From: a phage | Sequence record: PV730302.1 | Reading direction: 5' to 3' (one strand) | DNA length: 64,000 nucleotides | Shown: positions 8,557-18,764 of the stretch, piece by piece | How the letters are laid out: each line of letters starts with the position of its first letter | How positions within the stretch are numbered: position 1 is the first letter of the stretch | The notes under the pieces: generated by a model | What the model saw: the letters and a program-made list of their open reading frames with translations, nothing else | Told to the model about the DNA's origin: nothing | Database searches by the model: none | Translations under genes and position numbers: made by a program

Positions 8557-11268
8557 TTAAAAGTCGAACATGTCAAATAATGTTGCTTTTTTCTCGTAGT
8601 CGATTTTAGCAGACTCGGTAAAACCGGTCAGAGGTTTGATAAAGGTCTTTTGGAACAGTACGTTGTAGTCCATCCAACGGAGGACTTGGTCACGAATCTG
8701 AACCGGAAGTTCAATACCTGACGGCCATGCCATACAAGCTTCACCAAACGGGTTGCCTTCTTTAAGTGGCAGTACATATACCTTTTCACCATCAACGATA
8801 CGAGGCATAGTCAAATCACCTGCAGAAGCACGCATGTAAGCTAAGCAACCTTTGATGTGGTATGGACATTTAGAACCCGGGAATCCACCTTCATTATATT
8901 TCTCGATGTTGTTAGCACTGGATACTGCTGCAATGCTTACATAGTTTAGTTCGTTAAATTCCTTATTAAACTGTTTGAAATATTCTTGCAAAGAGGCCTC
9001 GCCTTCCTGAAGCATACGACGGATACATTCTTTCAGAGCTTTCTGAACTGCTTTAGGTGTACTTGATTTCTGGGTTTCGAGACCCATGATTTTCAAGTGC
9101 GGTTCGGCATAACGAGTACCTTCCATGTCCCAAACGTTCAGTGCATAACGTTTCTTGCCTGTCCAGAATCCACCAAGACCTTTAGAACCAAGTGGAGGAC
9201 CTGCGATAGCTTCTCGGTCCATGAACATCAAGTGTTGTTTGTTGTTCATGTACTCGCACATCTCACGGAAGCCTGCATCAATAGCTGGTTCCATACGTTC
9301 ACGTGCAAATTTATCTAAGAAGTCGACCCAATGGTTAGTATCACGGAATTTATCTTCGCCTACTTTATTGATGATTGCATCTGCCTTAACATAAATGGAG
9401 TCAGTATCACCATAGAGCACGAACTTCTGATTTTCAGTCTTACACACGCTATTCAGATATTCGTTAACCTTACGTTCAATCCATTGGAGGGCCATTTGAC
9501 CAAACAGTGTGATTGCAGTTGCGTTCCTGAGGTCGTAATAACGGAACCATACGTTACCAAGTGCACCATAAAGGGAGTTGATAAGCAACTTACGGTTAAT
9601 CTGAGCAGTCATACCTGCAACTTCGGTACGTTCAGCTCTGAACAACATTTCTCTTAAAGAAGGTGCTGACAGCGTTTTAATCTTGGCTTTGATTTCGTCA
9701 GAGAAGTCAAAACGATAATCGATATCCAGTGGACTATCAGCCGAGAGATTAGGATTTTCTAATGCTTCTTTAATTAACTCACCATTACGTTGAGCTGCAA
9801 GCATATAACCTTTATGTTCTTTACGTTGTAAGAACACCTTAGTGATTTCTGTAGGAATCACACCATCGCGGTCTTTATAGTACATCATGCCGTTAGGAGA
9901 GCAACTGTAGACGTCGCTAGGACGCGGAGCTGTTCCGGCAATATATTCATGTATCGGTGCGTTAGCGAATGTCCCTGCGATGGTCTCTGGGCTTATATTC
10001 ACTTGTCGAATGATACTCGGGTACAGAGATGTAAGGTCGAAACTCATTACGTATTTGTAAGCGTTAGGAATCGGTTCCTTAACGAAAGCGCCAGGATAAG
10101 GTTGGACCACGTGCGAACGAGCTTGTGGAATTACCTTGCCTTGCTCTTTAAGGCTATTAAAGATAATAGCGTCCCAAGTCTTAATTGGACTAAACACCGA
10201 CTGAATCTGCATCTTAGCATAATAACCCATGTCCAAACTCAGAAGAATGAACTGGCGTTTCATATCAATCTGCACTACACGATATACGTCGATAATGTTA
10301 TAGGAAATATATCGTTGGTGGTTCGTCTCACGTAACTTGGAGATTGGACCATCGTATTTCAACTTACCTACTTTCAATTCATATTCAGAAACATAATCCA
10401 GAGAATAAGAAGGCTGGTTGGTGAAGCTGAATTTTTTATAGAGGTCGATATAATCCAGAACAGAGATGCCGAACAAAGTAATGATTTCACGAGCACCGTA
10501 CATGTTCTCGATAACTTTAACACGAGTTTTACGATGTGGGCTTAATCGCTTAGCAGTGTTCTCACCGAACAGATTTTTCAGACGGTTATAAACGTACGGC
10601 ACGTCAAATGATTCAACGTTCCATCCAGTCAAAATCACAGGAGTTTTCTGTTGCCAGAAATTCAAGTACTCAAGCATCATTTCTTCTTCAGAATTAAATG
10701 GAAGATAAACGATTTTGTCAATGATTTCCTGTGGAACTTCGTCACCACCTTCGTCTTGGAGTTTCTCAGCGATTTTAATCGACCACTCTTCAACAGTACC
10801 ATAAGGCGAAACTAAAAGGTCGAATACATAGAATTTATCGTCAATCGAGTCGTAGTGGGTAATGGCATCGATAGGATGTTTAGCCTGAGCTGGTTCAGGG
10901 AATCCATCAGGAGATGTTACCTCGATGTCGAAGTTAGCAATACGAATCTTAGAAGAATCATATTTGATTTCTTTACGATAGGTATCAGACAAATAGGCTA
11001 ATTTATAGTCGTCCATACCCAGGGCTTCGAGGCCCATATCATCCATACGTTTCATCCATTGGGATGCATCACGCATAGAGTCGAATTCTTTCTTAACACA
11101 ACCCTTACCATAGATATCAATGTATTTTACGGCTTGCTCTGGATTAGCATGCATAAACATTGTAGGCTTGTATGGAACTTCACGACTACGTTCGTTACCA
11201 TTTTTATCGATGTAACGTTCGAGAATATTATCACCGATTTGTTCGACTGTCAAATAGAATTCTTGCAT
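8557..11268 (-). CDS. 43: DNA polymerase gp43 (family B)
   Basis: Near-colinear with recalled T4 and especially RB69 gp43; start taken at in-frame ATG 11268 (MQEFYLTVEQ, matching T4 MKEFYISIET) with AGGAAA SD, not the longer track ORF to 11328. Confidence 0.96.
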   Translation of the reverse strand: MQEFYLTVEQIGDNILERYIDKNGNERSREVPYKPTMFMHANPEQAVKYIDIYGKGCVKKEFDSMRDASQWMKRMDDMGLEALGMDDYKLAYLSDTYRKEIKYDSSKIRIANFDIEVTSPDGFPEPAQAKHPIDAITHYDSIDDKFYVFDLLVSPYGTVEEWSIKIAEKLQDEGGDEVPQEIIDKIVYLPFNSEEEMMLEYLNFWQQKTPVILTGWNVESFDVPYVYNRLKNLFGENTAKRLSPHRKTRVKVIENMYGAREIITLFGISVLDYIDLYKKFSFTNQPSYSLDYVSEYELKVGKLKYDGPISKLRETNHQRYISYNIIDVYRVVQIDMKRQFILLSLDMGYYAKMQIQSVFSPIKTWDAIIFNSLKEQGKVIPQARSHVVQPYPGAFVKEPIPNAYKYVMSFDLTSLYPSIIRQVNISPETIAGTFANAPIHEYIAGTAPRPSDVYSCSPNGMMYYKDRDGVIPTEITKVFLQRKEHKGYMLAAQRNGELIKEALENPNLSADSPLDIDYRFDFSDEIKAKIKTLSAPSLREMLFRAERTEVAGMTAQINRKLLINSLYGALGNVWFRYYDLRNATAITLFGQMALQWIERKVNEYLNSVCKTENQKFVLYGDTDSIYVKADAIINKVGEDKFRDTNHWVDFLDKFARERMEPAIDAGFREMCEYMNNKQHLMFMDREAIAGPPLGSKGLGGFWTGKKRYALNVWDMEGTRYAEPHLKIMGLETQKSSTPKAVQKALKECIRRMLQEGEASLQEYFKQFNKEFNELNYVSIAAVSSANNIEKYNEGGFPGSKCPYHIKGCLAYMRASAGDLTMPRIVDGEKVYVLPLKEGNPFGEACMAWPSGIELPVQIRDQVLRWMDYNVLFQKTFIKPLTGFTESAKIDYEKKATLFDMFDF

Positions 11269-11321
11269 TTCATTTCCTTTATAGACGAGTGATTGTCTTT
11301 TGTTTGTTGATGAATTATTAT

Positions 11322-11348
11322 ACTCCAAAAAGGGACCGAAGTCCCTTT
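11322..11348 (-). terminator. terminator-like hairpin upstream of gene 43
   Basis: AAAGGGAC-TTCG-GTCCCTTT followed by a 4-nt T-run on the minus strand. Confidence 0.45.
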
Positions 11349-11350
11349 GC

Positions 11351-11566
11351 TTAAATTTCTATTGTTTGACGTTTAATGGTTGAATTACCATCTTCGTCTT
11401 TAGTTTTAATCATAGCCTGGAAGACTTTCTGACCTGGATGTAGCAACTTATGGAGTTCTTTTTGAAATTCTATTTGGAGCTCTTCGGAAAGGTCAAAAAC
11501 AGTTTGAGTTGGGGAAAGTCCGTATACCTCTTTAAGACGTTCACACATTTCAATTTCAAGAATCAT
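11351..11566 (-). CDS. hypothetical small protein between regA and 43, doubtful
   Basis: Open frame ending just before the terminator; no convincing SD at any candidate ATG. Confidence 0.25.
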   Translation of the reverse strand: MILEIEMCERLKEVYGLSPTQTVFDLSEELQIEFQKELHKLLHPGQKVFQAMIKTKDEDGNSTIKRQTIEI

Positions 11567-11567
11567 A

Positions 11568-11930
11568 TTAATTACCGATGGTATACTTAGACAGTAGTTC
11601 CCAGTCATTTTTCTGCTTAAAGGAAATGACACGGAAATTATTAGTGATTTCGAACAGCTCAGAGTCGTCTACGATATCAATCAGTCCCCACTCCTTAAGA
11701 AGCTGGGCAATTGAATCTCGACGTTGATAGTCTTCACCATCGATATCAACTTGGCGGCCATCCATACGTAACATCTCTTTAAAGTGGACGATATAATATA
11801 GCCCTTGCTTTTGCAGAATGTGGCAGGATTGATATAGTTTCTTTTCTTTATTATTAGCGATACCCATACGAGTTAGGGTCTCTTTCACTTTCAAGAAGTC
11901 TTCAGGTTGTTTCAGAGTAATTTCAATCAT
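11568..11930 (-). CDS. regA: translational repressor RegA
   Basis: 120 aa; MIEITLKQPEDFLKVKETLTRMGIANNK nearly identical to recalled T4 RegA. Confidence 0.9.
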   Translation of the reverse strand: MIEITLKQPEDFLKVKETLTRMGIANNKEKKLYQSCHILQKQGLYYIVHFKEMLRMDGRQVDIDGEDYQRRDSIAQLLKEWGLIDIVDDSELFEITNNFRVISFKQKNDWELLSKYTIGN

Positions 11931-11936
11931 TTTAAT

Positions 11937-12509
11937 TTACCATTCCAATGCTTTCTTTTTCAAGTCTTTTTGTTCTTTAACATTTTTGGTTACGGATTTC
12001 AGGAACTCGTCAGTAACCAGCCCTTTCATCTTCTTAAGAACCGCTGGAAGATGTCCTTTAATTTTATAAGTCTCGAGATAACGATAAGCGTCATCATTAT
12101 TAATTGAATGGTATTTCATCAATAAACGAGTAATAAAAACTACACTAACTTCATCATCATGGGCCTTAGCCCATTTACCAAATCTCTTACCCTTAGGAAC
12201 TGCGTGTAAAAGATAGTTGAAATGACTTTGGTCATCAAGTTTCAAACAGTTAACCATTGCAGCTTGCATAATGCAATCCACATGTTGGCTCAAACTATTA
12301 TCGAGCCAAAATTGATTATAGTTTTCCGATTGAGCCAGGTTACGTTGGTTCTTACCATACGTGATATCGTTCATAATAGCGAACAGTTCGTTTTCAGCCT
12401 TTTCTTTAAATGAATCGGCCAAGGCTTGAATTGCAGCGTCATTACGTGATTTCCAAGCAACTTCATGTTCGTTCAGTTCGACGTCATCATCAAAAAGACT
12501 TATAGCCAT
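11937..12509 (-). CDS. 62: clamp-loader small subunit gp62
   Basis: 190 aa; synteny between 44 and regA; ATG overlaps the gp44 3' end. Confidence 0.8.
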   Translation of the reverse strand: MAISLFDDDVELNEHEVAWKSRNDAAIQALADSFKEKAENELFAIMNDITYGKNQRNLAQSENYNQFWLDNSLSQHVDCIMQAAMVNCLKLDDQSHFNYLLHAVPKGKRFGKWAKAHDDEVSVVFITRLLMKYHSINNDDAYRYLETYKIKGHLPAVLKKMKGLVTDEFLKSVTKNVKEQKDLKKKALEW

Positions 12510-13477
12510 TGGAGCTCCAGAGCAAGTTGGATGAACAGATAAGTCATGTGAATTTCTGGGTTAGCCGCAATACCATGGTATTGGTTATTTTCACCGACAA
12601 TTTCGTACATTCTAACAATGCTTGGCCCAGGCAATTTACCATAGAGTTCGTTAGCCAGCGACATAATAAAGTTGGAATAGTCATTGACATGGCGTGGAGC
12701 TAATGCACGGAGTTCTTTAAAGTTTTTATCTTTAAGTGCAGCCACTACTTCATCGATAGGCGAATTGGTATTCATTACAATACTCAAAATGCCTGTATCG
12801 ATTTTACCACTGGATGAATAACGGTCCAGTTGGTTAACTGTTTTACGGAAGTCAGGAAAGTTTTGCTTAACTAAGGCAGCAATAACTTTAAGGTCTTCGA
12901 CTTCGATATTTTCGTTTTTACAGATTGCTACAGCACGATGAATCATTTCTTTCATCATGGATGTTTGGTCAGCTGGAGTGGCTTCACCAAATTTAATAAC
13001 GCGACAACGGGATTGAAGTGGGCCGATAATACCATCAATATTGTTTGCTGTAATAATTACAGAACAGTTTGAGGAATAGGCTTCTAAGAACGAACGAAGG
13101 TGACGTTGAGCTTCAGCAACACCAGCACGGTCGAATTCGTCGATAACAATTACCTTACGTTTACCTTCGATAGATTTGGAAGATGCAAAACGAGTAAGTT
13201 CATTACGAACGAAATCAATACGGCAGTCGGAACCGTTAACAAAAAGCATATCTGAATTTGTATCAGCACACAATGCTTTAGCTACGGTAGTTTTACCTGT
13301 GCCTGGTGAAGCAGAGACTAGGATAATGTTAGGGATTAGACCCTTATTAACAATGGCTTGGAGGGTTTCTTTATCATGCGCCGGCAGAATACACTCAGAT
13401 AAAGTACCTGGACGATATTTCTGTTCCCACATGAAGTCATTTTCATTAATAGTTAAACCATTTACCACTTTACTCAT
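12500..13477 (-). CDS. 44: clamp-loader ATPase gp44 (AAA+)
   Basis: Walker A SPGTGKTT and DEFD box; start at ATG 13477 (MSKVVNG) with GAGGAAAA SD; track start 13507 is TTG. Confidence 0.92.
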   Translation of the reverse strand: MSKVVNGLTINENDFMWEQKYRPGTLSECILPAHDKETLQAIVNKGLIPNIILVSASPGTGKTTVAKALCADTNSDMLFVNGSDCRIDFVRNELTRFASSKSIEGKRKVIVIDEFDRAGVAEAQRHLRSFLEAYSSNCSVIITANNIDGIIGPLQSRCRVIKFGEATPADQTSMMKEMIHRAVAICKNENIEVEDLKVIAALVKQNFPDFRKTVNQLDRYSSSGKIDTGILSIVMNTNSPIDEVVAALKDKNFKELRALAPRHVNDYSNFIMSLANELYGKLPGPSIVRMYEIVGENNQYHGIAANPEIHMTYLFIQLALELQWL

Positions 13478-14036
13478 TATTATTTTCCTCATTAAAATGT
13501 TTAACAATTTTATTCAATTCGTTTGCAGAATAATTATATCCATAATTTTGTAAAAGCGTACTAAATCTACCCTTTTTAGGCATACCAAGTTCTATCCAAA
13601 TCTTATGGAGCTCTTCATAATTCTGCCATATTTCAGAGCGTTGCCATTTAGAGCAATTAAGCTTATGGCTTTCGGAAAATGTTCTTGATTTTCCGGTTCG
13701 GGTGATAGACATCTTACGTTTAGATTCAGCACTGTGGAAATCTACGCCACCCGGACCGCCGGGAGCTTTATTAACACAAAGTGAACCATACTTGGCAATA
13801 CCTTCTTTAACAAGGGCCTCTTCAATAAGTTTGGCTTCTTTAAATGTATCCGTTTTGTGGACAATCTCAATACTAAACTCCCAAACACCAGGAGTTATAG
13901 CATTTTCTCGTTTGCATTTCTTAACAAATTTACCAGTACCATAATATTCTTCAGGAGTAACACGGTGTCTACCGAAATAATGGTAGACATCCTTAGTTTT
14001 GGTATTTGTTATTGTATTATGATAGCAAATGTACAT
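13470..14036 (-). mobile_element. freestanding homing-endonuclease-like gene (GIY-YIG-like N-terminal module with C-terminal DNA-binding region)
   Basis: 188-aa ORF between 45 and 44 with no T4 counterpart at this position; YICYHNTITNTKTKDVYHYFGRH resembles the GIY-YIG core, followed by EEAL and a basic C-terminus. Confidence 0.5.
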
Positions 14037-14734
14037 TAGAACGAGTGGCTTGAGCCTGCTTCCATAGCCAATACATAAGAAGCTTGTGAACCTTCAAACT
14101 TGGCTGCGAAACGAGCATCCTGACCTTCACCACGAGCCCATAGCAATACATGGTAATCAGCAGGCATCATTTTCATATTGGTTTTGTTGATAATGAATTT
14201 GAATTCAGGGCCATCATGGTCTGCAACCACTAAGGAATACAATGGACGTGCCAGGTCCTTATCATCAACTTGTTTGTAGCCATTGATTACAATTTTACCG
14301 TTGTCTACAGTGATAGCAAATGTATCAATACTCAATCCAGAGGACACACGCATCAACTGTTGGTAATCTTCGGCTTTAAGGTCAAAAATAACTTCAGCCA
14401 CCGGGAATGGAATAGCTTTGCTTGGGAATGCAATTGTACTTGGGTCGGCAATAGGCCATTTAATAGTTGAACGTTGGTCTTTAATAATTAAGGTGGTTTG
14501 GTCTTCACTTACCGAAACTTCAGCACTATCAGATACCAATGACAGAATACTTAAGAAGCCGTTCAAATCATAGATTGCGGCTTCGATATCAAAGGTATCG
14601 CTTACAGTAGCTTCACCATAACTTGCACCCGTTACTGAACGAGTTAGAATAGTGTTACCAGGCTTAAGCATGATACCTGGGTTAATACTGGAGAAGTTTT
14701 TCAGAATGTTCAGAGTTTCTTTAGAGAATTTCAT
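14036..14734 (-). CDS. 45: sliding clamp gp45
   Basis: 232 aa; MKFSKETLNILKNFSSINPGIMLK aligns along the full length with T4 gp45. Confidence 0.95.
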   Translation of the reverse strand: MKFSKETLNILKNFSSINPGIMLKPGNTILTRSVTGASYGEATVSDTFDIEAAIYDLNGFLSILSLVSDSAEVSVSEDQTTLIIKDQRSTIKWPIADPSTIAFPSKAIPFPVAEVIFDLKAEDYQQLMRVSSGLSIDTFAITVDNGKIVINGYKQVDDKDLARPLYSLVVADHDGPEFKFIINKTNMKMMPADYHVLLWARGEGQDARFAAKFEGSQASYVLAMEAGSSHSF

Positions 14735-14758
14735 AATGTTTCCTTATCAAGTCAAAAA

Positions 14759-15172
14759 TTAAGCAATAACGATCATTTGTTTACGAATGGATTCAGGCAG
14801 AGATTCAATATACTCTGGAATCTGGGAAGCAACAATAGCACCGGCTTCAAGCAACTGTTCGTCAAAATCTACGCAATAATCATCTTCGAGACGTTCAGAA
14901 CCATCACGGTCGATAACCAGTTTAGCACCTGCGGCCAGCGAATCGTTATAATGACGACGCATGATTTCTACCCACTTATCAGATACGTCGTTATCAATGA
15001 TACCGTAGAGCATGAACTTAGTTTCTTGTGGAAGAGACTGCAGACGACGTGCAGAGTTGGTATCAATATTCAGTACCCATGATTTACGAATACGATTTTG
15101 ATTGTGCGGGTTGGAATCGGTACGAATGGTTTTAACTTGGATATCTTTAACAGTAATAGCGTTAGCAAACAT
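14759..15172 (-). CDS. rpbA: RNA polymerase-binding protein RpbA-like
   Basis: Synteny next to gene 45; start taken at ATG 15172 (MFANAITVKD); track start is TTG. Confidence 0.5.
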   Translation of the reverse strand: MFANAITVKDIQVKTIRTDSNPHNQNRIRKSWVLNIDTNSARRLQSLPQETKFMLYGIIDNDVSDKWVEIMRRHYNDSLAAGAKLVIDRDGSERLEDDYCVDFDEQLLEAGAIVASQIPEYIESLPESIRKQMIVIA

Positions 15173-15234
15173 AATATTTTCTCTCATTTGGTTGGTAGAT
15201 GTATTATAAATCAATATTTTAAAGCACTTAACGT

Positions 15235-15426
15235 TTAATCAAAGTATTCATAAACGAACCAGGCAGGGTTCCTGTTCGACATGATTTTATCATACTCTGA
15301 CGTAAAAGCATTTCGGAGATAATCTTCAGTAACAAGGTGTTCGTCACCGGAGAAGTTGTTAACTAAAACATATCTCTTTATTTCCGGAGCGGCCAACAAA
15401 TGCTGGCCTGTTATAAAATCACTCAT
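15235..15426 (-). CDS. hypothetical protein (63 aa; T4 45.2 position)
   Basis: Small ORF abutting gene 46. Confidence 0.45.
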   Translation of the reverse strand: MSDFITGQHLLAAPEIKRYVLVNNFSGDEHLVTEDYLRNAFTSEYDKIMSNRNPAWFVYEYFD

Positions 15427-17105
15427 TCCAACACCGTGAATCGTCCAACTTTCTTCATTTGAAGATGTTGGCCATATGCTTGTGGGTCATGGTCTCGGTG
15501 AGAGATAATGAACACGTTCGTATCCTCAAGGCTATTCAAGATGGTTGCAATGGTCTTAACGCCTTCAGCGTCAGTAGCACTGTCAAATACCTCATCAAGA
15601 ATTAACGTGCTGATATTAACACCTGATACCTTAGAAGCAATATCACGCCATGTAAAAAGTAGTGCGATATCAATACGTGCTTTCTCACCCTGTGAAAATG
15701 AAGCATAACTAAAGTCTTCACGTCCACGTGATTTAATCGTCTCATTGAATTCTTCGTCTAGGGTAAAGACGTAGTCGGCTTCCATAATCTTCAAATAAGA
15801 ATTTATCTGCTTATTAAAGATAGGAATGTATTTCTTAATAATGGAACCTTTAATACCTGTATCCTTCAACATTTCTGTCAGAATTCCACGATGGTATTTT
15901 TCCATTACCAAGGACGATTTGGTAGAGACGATTTTATCAAGCTCTGCTTGAAGCGCGGCAATCTCTTCGGCATTACTTACGAACTCAGCAGCGGCTTGGT
16001 CGATTAATACTTTAACCTTTTTAGCTTTCTCTACAGCAGTAATGGCTTGTTGCTTATGAGTAGCTATCTGAGATTTAATAGCCAGCGCTTTATTACGTTG
16101 TTCGGTTACTTGGTCCTTAATGAGCTTGAGTTCTTGGTACTGCTCATTAATCTTATCCAAAGATTTTTGAAGCTCAAAGTTCTTATCCTTAATTTTAGTA
16201 AGGATATTTCCATGCTCTTCCAGTCCTTGCATACATGTAGGACAACTACCACCGGTTTCGTATAATTTCACGACCTTAGTAAAGGTTGCCATATCATTCT
16301 TGATTGCAAATCCTTTATTGCTCAGGTCACTCATAGAGTTGCTAGGGTCATCGTCGACAATGACATTGAGTAATTCATCAGTTAGTTTTTCTATATGGCC
16401 CTTCGCAGTCCTGGCTTCTTTAACGAGCTCGTCATACATTACTTGTAGTCTTGCTGCGTTCTCGCCGGATAATTTACGTTGTCGTTCTTCGTTGTCATTA
16501 TAAATTTTAATCTGTTGGGTAATAGAATCCTGCTTAACGTCTATTACTTGGATTTGGCTATTAGTCTCGCGAATCAAAGATTTGTTCAACTTATCCATAT
16601 CCGCTAATACAGAAACCTCTAAGAGGTCTTCCACCAGCTTTCGACGCGCTGGGGTCGACAAACCCATGAAAGGGGTATACCCTGCTGTACCAAGTACGAC
16701 AATCTGTTTGAAGCTTGCATAGGACATTCCGATAAGCTGTTCAAATTCTGCTTGGAAGTCTTTACTGCTGGCAGATTCATCAAGACGTTCACCGCCACAA
16801 GAGATTTCAAAAACGTTCGGTTTTTGCCCACGTTTGATGTAGTATTCTTTGCCATCATATTCCATCCACAGTTCGACCAAAAGGTCTTTCTTGTTACTTG
16901 AATTAATCAACTGCCCTTTCTTAACATCGCGAAAAGGCTTACCAAACAGAGCAAATGTTACGGCTTCAAGGAATGTTGATTTCCCTGCACCATTTTTACC
17001 GGTGACTAAGGTCTTTTGGACCTTGTCGAGTTGGATTGTAATAGGCTGTTGGCCTACTGACATGATATTTTTATACGTTACTTTCTTTAACTTAAAAGTC
17101 TTCAT
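15423..17105 (-). CDS. 46: recombination endonuclease subunit gp46 (SbcC/Rad50-like ATPase)
   Basis: 560 aa; Walker A GKNGAGKST, coiled-coil middle, CPTC zinc hook, signature/D-loop region; ATG overlaps the upstream stop (ATGA). Confidence 0.93.
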   Translation of the reverse strand: MKTFKLKKVTYKNIMSVGQQPITIQLDKVQKTLVTGKNGAGKSTFLEAVTFALFGKPFRDVKKGQLINSSNKKDLLVELWMEYDGKEYYIKRGQKPNVFEISCGGERLDESASSKDFQAEFEQLIGMSYASFKQIVVLGTAGYTPFMGLSTPARRKLVEDLLEVSVLADMDKLNKSLIRETNSQIQVIDVKQDSITQQIKIYNDNEERQRKLSGENAARLQVMYDELVKEARTAKGHIEKLTDELLNVIVDDDPSNSMSDLSNKGFAIKNDMATFTKVVKLYETGGSCPTCMQGLEEHGNILTKIKDKNFELQKSLDKINEQYQELKLIKDQVTEQRNKALAIKSQIATHKQQAITAVEKAKKVKVLIDQAAAEFVSNAEEIAALQAELDKIVSTKSSLVMEKYHRGILTEMLKDTGIKGSIIKKYIPIFNKQINSYLKIMEADYVFTLDEEFNETIKSRGREDFSYASFSQGEKARIDIALLFTWRDIASKVSGVNISTLILDEVFDSATDAEGVKTIATILNSLEDTNVFIISHRDHDPQAYGQHLQMKKVGRFTVLE

Positions 17106-17326
17106 GTATTGTTCTCACGAATTGTTTGTTCAGCATATTCTAGCATTTCTTCGGAAGAAGCAAACACGTCGTCAAGTTCCATGGCCCATGAAACACCTTC
17201 AGAATATTCAGAAGTGACATACATAGTTCCGGTATACCAAGAACCATCCACGTCCCATTCTACATTACCGAACCAGCCATCGCCAATATGAAAATCATGT
17301 TTATACATTTTCATCATTATAAGCAT
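17102..17326 (-). CDS. hypothetical protein (74 aa; 46.1 position)
   Basis: Small acidic ORF coupled to gene 46 start. Confidence 0.45.
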   Translation of the reverse strand: MLIMMKMYKHDFHIGDGWFGNVEWDVDGSWYTGTMYVTSEYSEGVSWAMELDDVFASSEEMLEYAEQTIRENNT

Positions 17327-17564
17327 CCTTGATGCATGATTCAGCCATATGAATTAATGTTTCTGGAGTATCATCTACCATTACATTAAAGCTAAATTCC
17401 ACAGCCCAATCAGTAGCAACATAAACTTTAATAAGCTCGTTGGTATCGCGAGTGCTCACGGCTTCAAACCAGAACTTAATGATATTCGTTTGGTTATCGT
17501 CATCAATAACTGTACAGTCATGCTCCAGTTCAAGTCCTGATTTTTTGAATTCATCTAAAGTCAT
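17301..17564 (-). CDS. hypothetical protein (87 aa; 46.2 position)
   Basis: Small acidic ORF between 47 and 46. Confidence 0.45.
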   Translation of the reverse strand: MTLDEFKKSGLELEHDCTVIDDDNQTNIIKFWFEAVSTRDTNELIKVYVATDWAVEFSFNVMVDDTPETLIHMAESCIKDAYNDENV

Positions 17565-18583
17565 CGTGTAACCTCATTATAAAGTTGTGCGGCCATAGTC
17601 TTAAGGGCTTTAACATCGTCTTCAGTGTGGCCATCAGGGAGGGCATCGATATAATCATACATCATATCCAAGAGGGACTTAACTTCATCTTCCTCTTCAG
17701 AATCATCGATATCAACACTGTTATCTACCTTAGACACAATACGCAAAGAGTGGACAACCTTTTCAAGCTCTGATTCGAACTTGGTAAGGCCATCATCGAT
17801 TTTATCGACTATAACACGAACCGCAATATTTGTAAAATCTTTGTAATCGATAGTCGCGTTAGGATAATGAATCTTACGGTGCCAACAGGTTTCATTGATG
17901 ACAAAATCCATCTTATGAGTTTCTGTATCGAAAATCCAGAAGCCACGAGGGTCGTTCTCATCACCCGCAGTTAGGGTCCATGGCGTACCAATATACTTAA
18001 CGTTTGCCGCATCAGAAATGGTGTGGAAGTGGCCAGACCATACTTGCTTATACTTCTTAAGGAAATCAGGTTCTAAACCATGTGATTTCATTCCTTTATA
18101 GAAATAGAAACCATTTAATTCCCAGTGGCCAATACAGAAATCTGCTGTAGTATTTTTGATATGGTCCATGATATCGGTTGTGTTTTCTTCACACATCCAT
18201 GGAATCAAATCAATTTCTGTACCATCAAAATTAACCGTAGTAGGTTTCTCAATAACCTTGATATGGTCGTATTTACCCAGAACTTCAGAAGCAGCGTTCG
18301 GTGTCAAGGTATTTTTGTAGTGTGCATCATGGTTACCAACAACAGTATACATGGTAATGCCATTTTCTTTAAGCAAATCTGAAATATGTCTGGCAAATTC
18401 CATGCACTTATGAGTAATTGCTTTACGAACATCAAAAATATCACCATACTGAATCCAGACAGTGATACCATTTGCTTTAGAATAATTGATGGCGTCTTTA
18501 ATGCCTGCCAATTGAATATTTTGCACCCAAGGGTCGTCGTTCTTCACTCCAAGGTGCCAGTCACCTGTGTTTAATATTTTCAT
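17561..18583 (-). CDS. 47: recombination endonuclease subunit gp47 (SbcD/Mre11-like phosphoesterase)
   Basis: Start at ATG 18583 (MKILNTGDWHLG) matching the T4 gp47 N-terminus; metallophosphoesterase motifs GDIFD and GNHD. Confidence 0.93.
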   Translation of the reverse strand: MKILNTGDWHLGVKNDDPWVQNIQLAGIKDAINYSKANGITVWIQYGDIFDVRKAITHKCMEFARHISDLLKENGITMYTVVGNHDAHYKNTLTPNAASEVLGKYDHIKVIEKPTTVNFDGTEIDLIPWMCEENTTDIMDHIKNTTADFCIGHWELNGFYFYKGMKSHGLEPDFLKKYKQVWSGHFHTISDAANVKYIGTPWTLTAGDENDPRGFWIFDTETHKMDFVINETCWHRKIHYPNATIDYKDFTNIAVRVIVDKIDDGLTKFESELEKVVHSLRIVSKVDNSVDIDDSEEEDEVKSLLDMMYDYIDALPDGHTEDDVKALKTMAAQLYNEVTR

Positions 18584-18723
18584 AAGCCAAGCGCCGTTAT
18601 TGCAATGCAAAATAAAATTATTGAAATGAACCCGTCAGGAGTGGAAAAGAATCCTATCCAACAGGCTCGTGTGAATGTGTAGAATGCCATGAATAACACG
18701 ACATATCCTAAAAGTAGTTCCAT
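18580..18723 (-). CDS. small hydrophobic peptide (47 aa), putative
   Basis: ATG 18723 with GAGGAG SD 6 nt upstream; stop overlaps the gene 47 ATG (ATGA); translation MELLLGYVVLFMAFYTFTRACWIGFFSTPDGFISIILFCIAITALGL. Confidence 0.4.
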   Translation of the reverse strand: MELLLGYVVLFMAFYTFTRACWIGFFSTPDGFISIILFCIAITALGL

Positions 18724-18764
18724 ATGTTCTCCTCAGTTGGTTCATTTTATCATCCGAATATAAA

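Noticed and set aside
11269-11328. N-terminal extension of the DNA polymerase ORF (track start 11328)
   Set aside because: The in-frame ATG at 11268 has an AGGAAA SD and reproduces the T4 gp43 N-terminus; the upstream extension has no SD and no counterpart in T4. The same reasoning trimmed the track ORFs for gp44, gp47, rpbA, nudE, the AAA-like ATPase and several small genes.
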